In this document: positions 8,869-17,652 of the stretch, piece after piece
How positions within the stretch are numbered: position 1 is the first letter of the stretch
Layout: each line of letters opens with the position of its first letter
DNA from: Gemmatimonadota bacterium
GTDB taxonomy: Bacteria; Gemmatimonadota; Gemmatimonadetes; Gemmatimonadales; Gemmatimonadaceae
Direction of reading: 5' to 3'
DNA: 64,000 nucleotides
NCBI GenBank assembly: GCA_037975505.1
Contig: JBANGJ010000033.1
Coordinates: 1,033-65,032 of the forward strand
Notes under the pieces: generated by a model
Database searches by the model: none
What the model saw: the letters and a program-made list of their open reading frames with translations, nothing else
Told to the model about the DNA's origin: nothing
Translations under genes and position numbers: made by a program

Positions 8869-10347
8869 GTGTCCTCCTCTCCCACCCTCGATCGCGCCCT
8901 GGGCCCTGTGGGGCTCGCGGCCACCGGCATCTGTTCGATGGTCGGCGCCTCCATCCACATCATGCCGTTCCTGGTGCAGCTCTCGGTGCCCGGCATCGGC
9001 CCGTGGGTGCTGCCGGCGTTCGCGTTCGCGGCGCTCCCGGCCTTCCTGGCGGCGCTCGCCTACGCGGCGCTCGCCTCCGCCATGCCGCGTGCCGGGGGGA
9101 GCTACCTCTTCGCGAGTCGCGGCCTGCATCCGTCACTCGGCTTCGTCGCCTCGTTCTCCCAGTGGGTGGGGCTCTCCGTGGTGATCGGTGCGGTCGCGTA
9201 CGTGATCCCGGTTTTTCTCTCCGGTGTCGCGGACGGACTGGGTGCCGGTGGTCTCGCCGCCCAACTCGTCGAGGGCTCCACGCGGCTGCTCGTCGCGCTT
9301 GCCCTCGTCTGGGGCTTTGTCGCGGTCAACCTGCGGGGCCTCGCGGCCTATGAGCGCACCCTCGTCCCGTTGATGGTGATGATGTTCGCGCTCGGCGCCA
9401 TCGTGATCGTCGTCGGTGCGAGCCGGACCCACGCGGACTTCGCGGCGGCGCTGCTCCCCACGGGGGGCACGCTCCCGGCGCCGAGGCCGGCGCCCTTCAA
9501 CAAGGACACCTTCGTCGCCGCGGCCGCCGTGCTCTTCTCCAGCTTCATCGGGTTCGACGCCATCGCCCAGGCGGGGGGAGAGGCGCGGGACCCGGCGCGC
9601 GCGCTCCCACGGGCCATCCTGCTCACCTTCGGTGTCGTCGCCGCGTTCTACTTCAGCTTCACCGCCGCGGTGTACCACGCCGTGCCGTGGGAGTTCATCG
9701 CCGCGATGCCGCCGGACCAGACGCCGACCGCCTCGGGACTCCTCGCGCCCTTTCTCTCACCCCTCGGTCGCGCGGCCATCACCGCGGGGGCCGCGGTCGC
9801 CCTGATCAACGACCTGCCGGGCATGCTGTTGAGCGTGTCGCGCCTGATGTTCGCCTGGGCGCGGGACGGGATCTTCCCAGCCTGGGCCGCGGGCGTGCAT
9901 CCGGTACGGCACACGCCGCGCGCGGCGCTCCTCGCCAGCGGTGGGATGGCGACCGTCGGCGTCCTGCTGAGCCACGGGGCGAAGAGCTTCTCGAAGGGCG
10001 TGGATATCATGGTGGTCGCGATGCTCGTGAACTTCCTGCTGATGTGCCTCGCGCTGATCGCGCTGCCCCAGCGGAACCCGGCGCTCGCCGCCCGCATGAC
10101 TATCCTGCGCGGCACGCGCGCGCGGACCATCGTCGGGGTGGCCGGCGTCTCGCTCCTCTCACTCTTCCTCGCGGTGCACGTCCGGCGGGAGTTCGGTACC
10201 GCGGTCGCGGTCTGGTACGAGCGGCCGCTCGCGGTCTGGGCCGTGGTGATGGTGCTTGGCACGCTCGTGCACGCCGTCGAGTTCTCGCGGCTCCGGGCGC
10301 GCGTGGGCGATGTCACCGCGCGGTTCGCCGCGCTCCCGGAGGAATGA
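8869..10347 (+). CDS. APC-family amino acid permease
   Basis: About 12 TM segments; SMVGASI, YAALASAMPRAGGSYLF, SFIGFDAI..AGGEARDP.RALPRAI, SRLMFAWARDG. GTG start inferred. Confidence 0.9.
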   Translation: MSSSPTLDRALGPVGLAATGICSMVGASIHIMPFLVQLSVPGIGPWVLPAFAFAALPAFLAALAYAALASAMPRAGGSYLFASRGLHPSLGFVASFSQWVGLSVVIGAVAYVIPVFLSGVADGLGAGGLAAQLVEGSTRLLVALALVWGFVAVNLRGLAAYERTLVPLMVMMFALGAIVIVVGASRTHADFAAALLPTGGTLPAPRPAPFNKDTFVAAAAVLFSSFIGFDAIAQAGGEARDPARALPRAILLTFGVVAAFYFSFTAAVYHAVPWEFIAAMPPDQTPTASGLLAPFLSPLGRAAITAGAAVALINDLPGMLLSVSRLMFAWARDGIFPAWAAGVHPVRHTPRAALLASGGMATVGVLLSHGAKSFSKGVDIMVVAMLVNFLLMCLALIALPQRNPALAARMTILRGTRARTIVGVAGVSLLSLFLAVHVRREFGTAVAVWYERPLAVWAVVMVLGTLVHAVEFSRLRARVGDVTARFAALPEE

Positions 10348-10354
10348 TCCTGTC

Positions 10355-11806
10355 ATGACCACGATCGCGCGACATCGCCTCACGCCGGACCTCGAGATCA
10401 GTCGCGTCCTCACCGGCCTCTGGCAGATGGCCGATCAGGAGCGGGACGGCCGCGCGTTCGACCTCGATGCCGCGGCCGCCGCGATGCGTCCGTACGTCGC
10501 GGCCGGATTCACGACCTTCGATATGGCGGATCACTACGGCTCCGCCGAGGAGGTCGTCGGCCGGTTCCGTGCGCGGCCTGACGCGCTGCCGATGCAGGCG
10601 CTGACGAAGTGGGTCCCGGAGCCCGGTCCTATCTCGCGCGCCGACGTGCGCGCCGCGGTCGATCGGGCGCGCCGGCGTCTTGGGGTGGAGCGCCTCGACC
10701 TGCTCCAGTTCCACGCCTGGTCGTACACGCATCCCGCCTGGCTCGACGCGCTGGGGTACCTCGACGAGTGCCGGCGCGAAGGCAGCATCGGTGCGCTGGG
10801 GCTGACGAACACGGACACGGCGCATCTGCGGCTCGTGGTGGAGAGCGGCATTCCGATCGTCTCGAACCAGGTCTGCTACTCGCTGCTCGACCAACGGGCG
10901 GCGGGGGCCATGGCCGAGTATTGCGCGCGGAAGGGCATCGGGCTGCTCGCCTTCGGTACCCTCGCGGGCGGCTTCCTCTCGGATCGGTGGCTCGGCGCCC
11001 CGGAGCCCGACTGGGATCGCCTGGCGACCTGGTCGCAGATGAAGTACGGGCGGTTCATCCGCGAGGTGGGCGGGTGGGAGGCGCTGCAGCGCGTGCTCCG
11101 CACGGCGCGGACCATCGCGGACCGCCACGGGTGTTCGGTGGCCAACGTCGCCTGCCGCTACATCCTGGACGCGCCAGCGGTGGCGGGTGTGATCGTCGGG
11201 GCGCGGCTGGGGGAGCGCGCTCACCTCGAGGACAACGCGCGCTTCGACGCCCTGCGTCTCGACGCGTCGGACCGCGCGGCGCTCGCGGAGACGCTCGCGA
11301 CCCTCGCGCCGATTCCGGGGGACTGCGGCGACGAGTATCGCCGCCCGCCCTTCCTCACGGCCAGCGGCGACCTCTCCCACCATGTCGCCAGCTTTCCCGC
11401 GCCCTTCCCGGTGGTCACCGCCGCCGACGGGACCCGTCGTGCTCTGAGCGGGACGGCCTGGGAGTCGTTCGCCGGGTACTCGCGTGCGGTGCGCGTCGGC
11501 GATCGCATCCTCGTGTCCGGGACGACGGCCACCCACGGCGACCGCCCGATGGGCGGTGCCGATGCGGCGGCGCAGGCCTGTCACGCGCTCGACAAGATCC
11601 AGGGCGCGATCGAATCACTCGGTGGGACGATCGATCAGGTGGTGCGCACGCGGATCTTCGTGAAGCGCATCGAGGATTGGGAGGCGGTCGCCCGGGTGCA
11701 CGGCGCACGCTTCGCGGCGGCGCCGCCCGCCAACACCCTCGTGCGCGCGGAGCTGATCGGCGACGCGTACCTCGTGGAGATCGAGGCCGAGGCCATCGTC
11801 CGCTGA
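10355..11806 (+). CDS. Aldo/keto reductase fused to C-terminal Rid (YjgF/YER057c/UK114) domain
   Basis: AKR: TTFDMADHYG, LTKW, LDLLQFH, SNQVCYSLLD. Rid: WESFAGYSRAVRVG, SGTT, VVRTRIFV, PANTLV, LVEIEAEA. Confidence 0.88.
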   Translation: MTTIARHRLTPDLEISRVLTGLWQMADQERDGRAFDLDAAAAAMRPYVAAGFTTFDMADHYGSAEEVVGRFRARPDALPMQALTKWVPEPGPISRADVRAAVDRARRRLGVERLDLLQFHAWSYTHPAWLDALGYLDECRREGSIGALGLTNTDTAHLRLVVESGIPIVSNQVCYSLLDQRAAGAMAEYCARKGIGLLAFGTLAGGFLSDRWLGAPEPDWDRLATWSQMKYGRFIREVGGWEALQRVLRTARTIADRHGCSVANVACRYILDAPAVAGVIVGARLGERAHLEDNARFDALRLDASDRAALAETLATLAPIPGDCGDEYRRPPFLTASGDLSHHVASFPAPFPVVTAADGTRRALSGTAWESFAGYSRAVRVGDRILVSGTTATHGDRPMGGADAAAQACHALDKIQGAIESLGGTIDQVVRTRIFVKRIEDWEAVARVHGARFAAAPPANTLVRAELIGDAYLVEIEAEAIVR

Positions 11807-11813
11807 CGCCCGT

Positions 11814-11843
11814 GCGGGGCGCGCGCGGGGCGCGCGTCCCCGC
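11814..11843. terminator. GC hairpin between convergent genes
   Basis: GCGGGG-CGCGCGC-GGG-GCGCGCG-T-CCCCGC. Confidence 0.45.
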
Positions 11844-11848
11844 CGGCA

Positions 11849-14143
11849 TCACCGCAGGGCCTGGTACACCAGCGTGCTGAATCGTGCGCGCGCTTCCGGG
11901 GTCCCGGGCAGGTTCTGCAGCATGAGCACCGTGACCATCCGCTGCGCCGGGTCCACGTTGTAGACGGACGCGTAGGCCCCACCCCAGTTGAAGCTTCCCA
12001 CCGAGGCGAATCCGTTGGCCCCGAGGCGCTCCACCGTGGAGAATCCGAGCCCGAAGCCGGTGCCGTCCCCGTAGCGGGACCCGATCTGATTGGTCGTCAT
12101 CAGCTCGACGCTGCGCGGCGAGAGATAGCGCGTGCCGCCGAGCGCGCCGCCTTGGCGGATCATCTCGAGGAAGCGCGCGTAGTCGCGCGCGGTGGAGGTG
12201 AGCCCGGCGCCACCGGCGAAGCTGCGGCGCGGGCCGTCCGCGTAGTGTCCCTGACCCCGGGCGCCGGTGTCCGCGCGCACGGCACGCCCCTGCTCATCCG
12301 TGCGATAGACGGTGACCAGCCGCGCCCGCTCCTCGGCGGGCACGAAGAAGCGCGTGTCGCGGAGGCCGAGCGGCCCGGTCAGCCGCTCGCGGAGGAACGC
12401 GTCGAGCGGCAGCCCCGAGGCGCGCTCGACCACGCAGCCGAGGATGTCCGTGTTGTACCCGTACACGAAGCGTTCGCCCGGCTGCGCCACGAAGGGCAGG
12501 GTGCCGAGGCGGTCCATCGTCGTGCAGATCGGCTCGTCCTTGTCGGCCGTGTACCAGCCGAAGCCGGCGGCCGGGCCGAGGCCCGCCGCGCGATACCGGG
12601 CGGCGACCAGCCCCTCGGTGCCGTAGGAGATCCCGGCCGTGTGCGTGAGCAGGTCGAAGATCGTGATCGCGCGCCGCGCGGGGACGGTGGTGCGTCCGGT
12701 GTCCGCGGCGTTCGCCACCGTCGTCCGCGCGAACGTCGGGAGCCACCGTGACACGGGATCGCCGAGGGCCACGCGTCCCTCCTCGATCAGCATCATCACG
12801 GCCGTGGAGGTCAGCGCCTTGGTCTGCGACGCGATACGGAACAGATGGTCGGGGCGCATCGGCGTCCCGGCCTCCCGGTCGGCCCACCCGAAGGCGCGTT
12901 CGTACACCACCTCGCCATCCCGAAGCACGATGGCCACCGCACCGGCGATGCGGGCGGAATCCACTTCAGCCTGCAGGTAGCGGTCGATCCGGGCGAGGCG
13001 TGCACCATCGAAGGCGCTCCGGGCGTCGAGCTCCTCGAGCCGGAACGGGACGCTCAGGATGTATGGTGGCTGCCCCGCCTCCCAGTGCCCGTAGGTGGTG
13101 GCGACGAATCGACCGTCGCCGAGTCGCTCGAGGCCCGGGTAGCTGGAGTCCCAGCCGTCGGTGTTGTCCTTGAGGCGCACGCGATACTGGCCCGGCGTCC
13201 CGGCGAGCAGGTCCTCCCAGCGCCCCACCCACGCCACCCAGTCACCCTTCGTGGGGCTCTCGGCGGCCATGTCGCGGAAGGTCACCACGAGACGGCCGTC
13301 GCGGGCGTACTGGGCCGTGTGTCGATCCCCGGTGAGCGCGCGGTCGAGCGGGCGCGGTGTGCTCCACGTGCGGCCCTCGTCGGTGGTGATCATCACGTGC
13401 GACTCGCTCCGGCGCCGATTCTCCCGGAGCAGCAGGGCGAGTGTGCGGCCGTCGGGAGAGCGGACGGCCCCAGGCTCGCACAGGTGCACGTCCGTCCCGC
13501 GCCAGATCTCGCGGGGGCGGCCCCAGGTGCGCCCACCGTCGGTGGAGCGGACTTGATAGAGGCGGAACACGCCGTCCGCCCGGCCGCCGGCACGGAAGAA
13601 CCGGCCGTCATCGTGGAAGAAGGCGAGGAGCGATCCGTCCGCCATCGGCACCACGGAACCCATCAGGACGATGCCTCCCCAATCCCCGATGGGGGCGAGC
13701 GGCGTCCAGGTGCGTCCCTCGTCTTCACTGGATGCCATCCGCGCCGGGTAGAGGCCGGAGAAGAGCAGCACGCGATGGCCGCCGGTCACCGGGTCGGGGA
13801 CGCGGAAGAGCGTCGGCGTCTCCTTGGAGGTGACCCAGTTGGCCGGGGTGGGGAGCCGGTCGCTCCAGGTGCGACCGCCGTCCTCGCTCCGCTTCAGCAG
13901 GATCGCCCCTTCGCCGTGCCCTTTGGGGTACGCCGCGAGGATCGTGCGCCCGTCGCCGAGCAGCACGGTCGAGACGTGGCCGAGGTACTGGCCCGGCTCG
14001 CGGTCCACCACCACGTGGCGGCCGGGGTCCTGGTCGAGGTCGACGAACGGCAGGGCCTGCGCCGGGAGCGCGCGGCCGACGGCACCGAGGAGCGCGGCGA
14101 GCGTCGCGCCGCGCGTGAGGACACGCACGAGAGGGGTTCGCAT
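11849..14143 (-). CDS. Secreted fusion: BNR/Asp-box sialidase-like beta-propeller + beta-lactamase-like serine hydrolase
   Basis: Signal peptide; Asp boxes SEDGGRTW, SEDEGRTW, STDGGRTW, TTDEGRTW; C-terminal FRIASQTK (SxxK), LLTHTAG, PGERFVYGYN, GGAGLTST, WGG. Confidence 0.85.
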   Translation of the reverse strand: MRTPLVRVLTRGATLAALLGAVGRALPAQALPFVDLDQDPGRHVVVDREPGQYLGHVSTVLLGDGRTILAAYPKGHGEGAILLKRSEDGGRTWSDRLPTPANWVTSKETPTLFRVPDPVTGGHRVLLFSGLYPARMASSEDEGRTWTPLAPIGDWGGIVLMGSVVPMADGSLLAFFHDDGRFFRAGGRADGVFRLYQVRSTDGGRTWGRPREIWRGTDVHLCEPGAVRSPDGRTLALLLRENRRRSESHVMITTDEGRTWSTPRPLDRALTGDRHTAQYARDGRLVVTFRDMAAESPTKGDWVAWVGRWEDLLAGTPGQYRVRLKDNTDGWDSSYPGLERLGDGRFVATTYGHWEAGQPPYILSVPFRLEELDARSAFDGARLARIDRYLQAEVDSARIAGAVAIVLRDGEVVYERAFGWADREAGTPMRPDHLFRIASQTKALTSTAVMMLIEEGRVALGDPVSRWLPTFARTTVANAADTGRTTVPARRAITIFDLLTHTAGISYGTEGLVAARYRAAGLGPAAGFGWYTADKDEPICTTMDRLGTLPFVAQPGERFVYGYNTDILGCVVERASGLPLDAFLRERLTGPLGLRDTRFFVPAEERARLVTVYRTDEQGRAVRADTGARGQGHYADGPRRSFAGGAGLTSTARDYARFLEMIRQGGALGGTRYLSPRSVELMTTNQIGSRYGDGTGFGLGFSTVERLGANGFASVGSFNWGGAYASVYNVDPAQRMVTVLMLQNLPGTPEARARFSTLVYQALR

Positions 14144-14247
14144 CCGGAGAACATCGGGCCTCCGGCGGCTCGCGTCCACCGCCCTTACCGCCGCCGCAGG
14201 GGCGTGGTACTCTCTGCGGGTCCCCACCCCCCCCTGTCGAGGCCGCT

Positions 14248-17200
14248 ATGCGCTTCCGCTCTCCACCCCTCCTGTCTCTGGTCCCTCTGCTCGCCGCGTC
14301 CGTGCTCGCGGCGCAGGGCACCCCCTCCGCGCCGACGCCCGTCCGCCCTGCCGCCGAGCAGTGGCGCGGGCTCCATTGGCGCAACATCGGCCCCGAGGGG
14401 AACCGCTTTTCCGCGGCCGTCGGCGTCGTAGGTGACCCGCTCACCTATTTCGTCGGGTCCGCGTCGGGCGGGGTCTGGAAGACCACCGATGGCGGGGTGA
14501 ACTGGCGGCCGACCTTCGACGCGCAGCCCGTGCAGTCGATTGGCGCCCTCGCGGTCGCGCGCTCGGACCGCAACGTCGTCTGGGCCGGCACGGGTGAGCA
14601 GCACATCCGCAGCCACATCTCGGTCGGGCAGGGGATCTACAAGTCCACCGACGGCGGGGAGAGCTGGCAGCTCATGGGGCTCGAGAAGACGGCGCGGATC
14701 GGTCGCATCGTCATCCACCCGACCAACCCCGACATCGTCCTGGCCTGCGCCCTCGGGCATGCCTACGGGCCGCAGCAGGAGCGCGGCGTCTTCCGCACCA
14801 CGGACGGCGGCACCACCTGGACCCGCGTCCTCTTCGTCGACGAGAACACCGGCTGCTCCGACCTGGCGATGGATGCGAGCAATCCGCGCGTCCTCTTCGC
14901 GGGGATGTGGCAGCTCGAGATCCACACCTGGGGTCGCACGAGCGGCGGACCGGGCGGCGGCCTCTTCGTCTCGCGCGATGGCGGGGTCACCTGGACGCGG
15001 CTCCGCGGCAACGGCCTCCCGACCCAGCCGGTCGGCAAGGTCTCGCTCGGCCTCTCCGTCTCCGACCCGAATCGCGTGTACGTGATGATCGAGACGGGCG
15101 ACGGCATCCCGAATGCCGGGCAGGAGACCGAGAGCGGCCAGCTCTGGCGCTCCGAGGACGGTGGGCGTCGCTGGGCCCTCGTCAGCCGTGACCGAAACGT
15201 GATGGGGCGCGCGCACTACTACTCGCGGATGGCGGTGGCACCGGACGACCCGGACGAGGCGTACTTCCTCACCGCCTCGTACAGCCGCACCATCGACGGC
15301 GGGCGCACCGTCGAGGTCCTCGGCCGCGGTCAGGCCCCGGGCGGTGACCATCACGACATCTGGATCGACCCCACCAACGCCGACCGCCAGATCGTCGCGC
15401 ACGACCAGGGGCTCTCCATCACGCAGAACCGCGGGCGCACCTGGTTCCGGCAGCGCCTGAGCAATGCGCAGATCTACCACGTCACGGTGGACAACAACAT
15501 CCCGTACAACGTCCTCGGCAACAAGCAGGACGAGCCCACGTATCGCGGGCCGAGCAACTCCCGGCTCGCCGGCGGACGCATCCTGCGCGGGATGTGGCAC
15601 GCCGTGGGCGGCGGTGAGAGTGGCTGGGCCACGCCCGACCCGGTGGACCCGAACGTCATCTGGTCCACCGCCTCCGGCTCCGGGATGGTGGGAGGCATCG
15701 TCGTGCGCTTCGAGGAGGACCGCCGCCAGTTCCGCACCGTGGAGGTGTGGCCGCAGCAGTCCAACGGCCCGGCGGAGGGCGTGAAGTACCGCTTCGTCTG
15801 GGATGCCCCGCTCCAGATCTCCCCGCACGACCACAACACCGTCTATACGGGCAGCCAGCACGTGCATCGCACGCGCGACGGGGGCCAGAGCTGGGAGGTC
15901 ATCTCCCCCGACCTGACGCTCAATGACCGCTCGCGGATGGGGAGCTCGGGCGGGCTGACCCCGGACAACATCGGCGTCGAGTACGCCGGGGTGGTGTACG
16001 CCATCGCGGAATCCCCGGTGGAGAAGGGGATGATCTGGGTTGGGACGAATGACGGGCTCGTCCAGCTCACGCGCGATGACGGCAAGACGTGGACGAACCT
16101 GACCCGGAACCTCCCGAATCTCCCCGTCTGGGGATCCGTGCGAAGCATCCATCCTTCCAAGTACGACGCGGCGACGGCGTATCTGACGGTGGACTTCCAC
16201 CAGGTGAACAATCGCGATCCGTTCGTCTACCGCACCACCGACTACGGGCGCACCTGGAAGGCCATCACCAACGGGCTGCCCCGCAACAACCTCAGCTACG
16301 CGAAGGTGATCCTCGAGGATCCGGTGCGGCGCGGGCTGCTCTACCTCGGCCTGGAGAACGGCATCTATATGTCGTTCGATGCCGGGGACTCCTGGCTTCC
16401 GCTGCAGAACGACCTGCCGGCGGCCCCCGTCTCGGGGATCCAGGTGCAGGAGCACTTCAACGATCTCGTCATCTCCACCTACGGGCGCGGCTTCTGGATC
16501 CTCGACGACATCGGGCCCATCCAGCAGCTCACGCCGGCGGTCCTCGCGAGCGGATCGCACTTCTTCCAGCCGAGGGCCGCGTACCGGTTCCGGAACATCA
16601 CCGCGCCGTCGAGCACCTACGATGACCCGACGACCGGGGAGGATCCGCAGTACGGGGCGACCTTCAATTACTGGTTGAAGGCACCGGCGCCGCGCGCGCC
16701 GCGCCTCACGGTCCGGGATGCACAGGGTCGCACGGTCCGCACGCTCACGGGCACCAATGTGGCGGGCATCAACCGCGTCCAGTGGGACCTCCGGGACACG
16801 CCGGGGAAGGCGGTGCGCCTGCTCACGCCGCCGATGTACGTCCCGGATGTCGTGGTGCCTGCTGGGGGCCGCGAGGCGCCGGGCACCTCGCAGATCTCCC
16901 TGCTGGTGGCGCCGGGGACCTACACCGTCACGCTCACCGTGGGTGATGTGGAGCAGACGCGGCAGGTGGAGGTCCGCAAGGACCCGAACTCGGCCGGGAC
17001 CGTCGCCGACATCGAGCAGCAGCTCCGGATGGTCTCCGCGATCCGGACCGACATGGACCGGGCGGCGGACGCCGTGGCGAAGATCGAATCGGTCCGGGTC
17101 CAGCTCGGTGCGCTGGCGCAGGCGGTGACCGATGCGGAGGTCCGGCAGGCCGCCGCCTCGCTGGCGGCCAAGCTGGTGGACCTCGAGATGAACCTCGTGG

Positions 17201-17469
17201 ACCTCCGGCTGACCGGGAACGGTCAGGATGGCGTTCGCTTCGGGAGCAAGCTCATCGGCAAGCTGGGGTATCTGGCCAACGGGCTGGCGAATGCCGACTT
17301 CCGGCCGACCGACCCGCAGGTGGAGGTGCAGGGGATCCTCGCGACGGAGCTGCGTGCGCAGCTGACGGCGCTGGATGCGCTGCTCGGTTCGGACCTGAAC
17401 GCGCTCAACGCGCTCCTGCGGCAGAAGGGAGTGGCGCACGTCGGGGGGGCCCCCGCGATCGTGCCGTAG
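14248..17469 (+). CDS. VPS10/sortilin-like BNR-repeat protein (putative glycosyl hydrolase), secreted
   Basis: WRNIGP, GGVWKTTDGG, repeated S/T-x-DGG-x-TW boxes, DHHDIWIDP, ISPDLT, TYGRGFWILDD; C-terminal helical tail. Confidence 0.85.
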   Translation: MRFRSPPLLSLVPLLAASVLAAQGTPSAPTPVRPAAEQWRGLHWRNIGPEGNRFSAAVGVVGDPLTYFVGSASGGVWKTTDGGVNWRPTFDAQPVQSIGALAVARSDRNVVWAGTGEQHIRSHISVGQGIYKSTDGGESWQLMGLEKTARIGRIVIHPTNPDIVLACALGHAYGPQQERGVFRTTDGGTTWTRVLFVDENTGCSDLAMDASNPRVLFAGMWQLEIHTWGRTSGGPGGGLFVSRDGGVTWTRLRGNGLPTQPVGKVSLGLSVSDPNRVYVMIETGDGIPNAGQETESGQLWRSEDGGRRWALVSRDRNVMGRAHYYSRMAVAPDDPDEAYFLTASYSRTIDGGRTVEVLGRGQAPGGDHHDIWIDPTNADRQIVAHDQGLSITQNRGRTWFRQRLSNAQIYHVTVDNNIPYNVLGNKQDEPTYRGPSNSRLAGGRILRGMWHAVGGGESGWATPDPVDPNVIWSTASGSGMVGGIVVRFEEDRRQFRTVEVWPQQSNGPAEGVKYRFVWDAPLQISPHDHNTVYTGSQHVHRTRDGGQSWEVISPDLTLNDRSRMGSSGGLTPDNIGVEYAGVVYAIAESPVEKGMIWVGTNDGLVQLTRDDGKTWTNLTRNLPNLPVWGSVRSIHPSKYDAATAYLTVDFHQVNNRDPFVYRTTDYGRTWKAITNGLPRNNLSYAKVILEDPVRRGLLYLGLENGIYMSFDAGDSWLPLQNDLPAAPVSGIQVQEHFNDLVISTYGRGFWILDDIGPIQQLTPAVLASGSHFFQPRAAYRFRNITAPSSTYDDPTTGEDPQYGATFNYWLKAPAPRAPRLTVRDAQGRTVRTLTGTNVAGINRVQWDLRDTPGKAVRLLTPPMYVPDVVVPAGGREAPGTSQISLLVAPGTYTVTLTVGDVEQTRQVEVRKDPNSAGTVADIEQQLRMVSAIRTDMDRAADAVAKIESVRVQLGALAQAVTDAEVRQAAASLAAKLVDLEMNLVDLRLTGNGQDGVRFGSKLIGKLGYLANGLANADFRPTDPQVEVQGILATELRAQLTALDALLGSDLNALNALLRQKGVAHVGGAPAIVP

Positions 17470-17494
17470 CGTCGGTCGCCCGGTCGGGCCTTGG

Positions 17495-17526
17495 CGCCCC
17501 CGTCCCGCGTTCGCGGGGCGGGGGCG
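17495..17526 (+). terminator. Hairpin after VPS10-like gene
   Basis: CGCCCCCGTCCCGCG-TT-CGCGGGGCGGGGGCG. Confidence 0.55.
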
Positions 17527-17536
17527 TTCGGCTGTC

Positions 17537-17565
17537 TTGACAGGGTTTCCTGGCCGCCGCATTGT
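17537..17565 (+). promoter_or_regulatory. Sigma70-type promoter TTGACA-N17-CATTGT
   Basis: Perfect -35 at 17537-17542, 17-nt spacer, -10-like hexamer at 17560-17565. Confidence 0.7.
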
Positions 17566-17585
17566 TTGTTCGGTAGTCGAACAAA
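17565..17585. promoter_or_regulatory. ROK-family operator 1: TTTGTTCG-N5-CGAACAAA
   Basis: Perfect 8-bp arms over the inferred transcription start; XylR-like TTTGTT...AACAAA; second copy at 28875. Confidence 0.85.
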
Positions 17586-17652
17586 GAAGGGTCGTTCAGG
17601 TCGTGTCCAGCCTTGCGGTCCGCACCCTGTCACCTGCTCCGGAGTTCCCCCT

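Noticed and set aside
14185-17562. 1125-aa minus-strand ORF
   Set aside because: Antisense shadow of the VPS10-like gene; stop-poor because of high GC and codon bias; no motifs.
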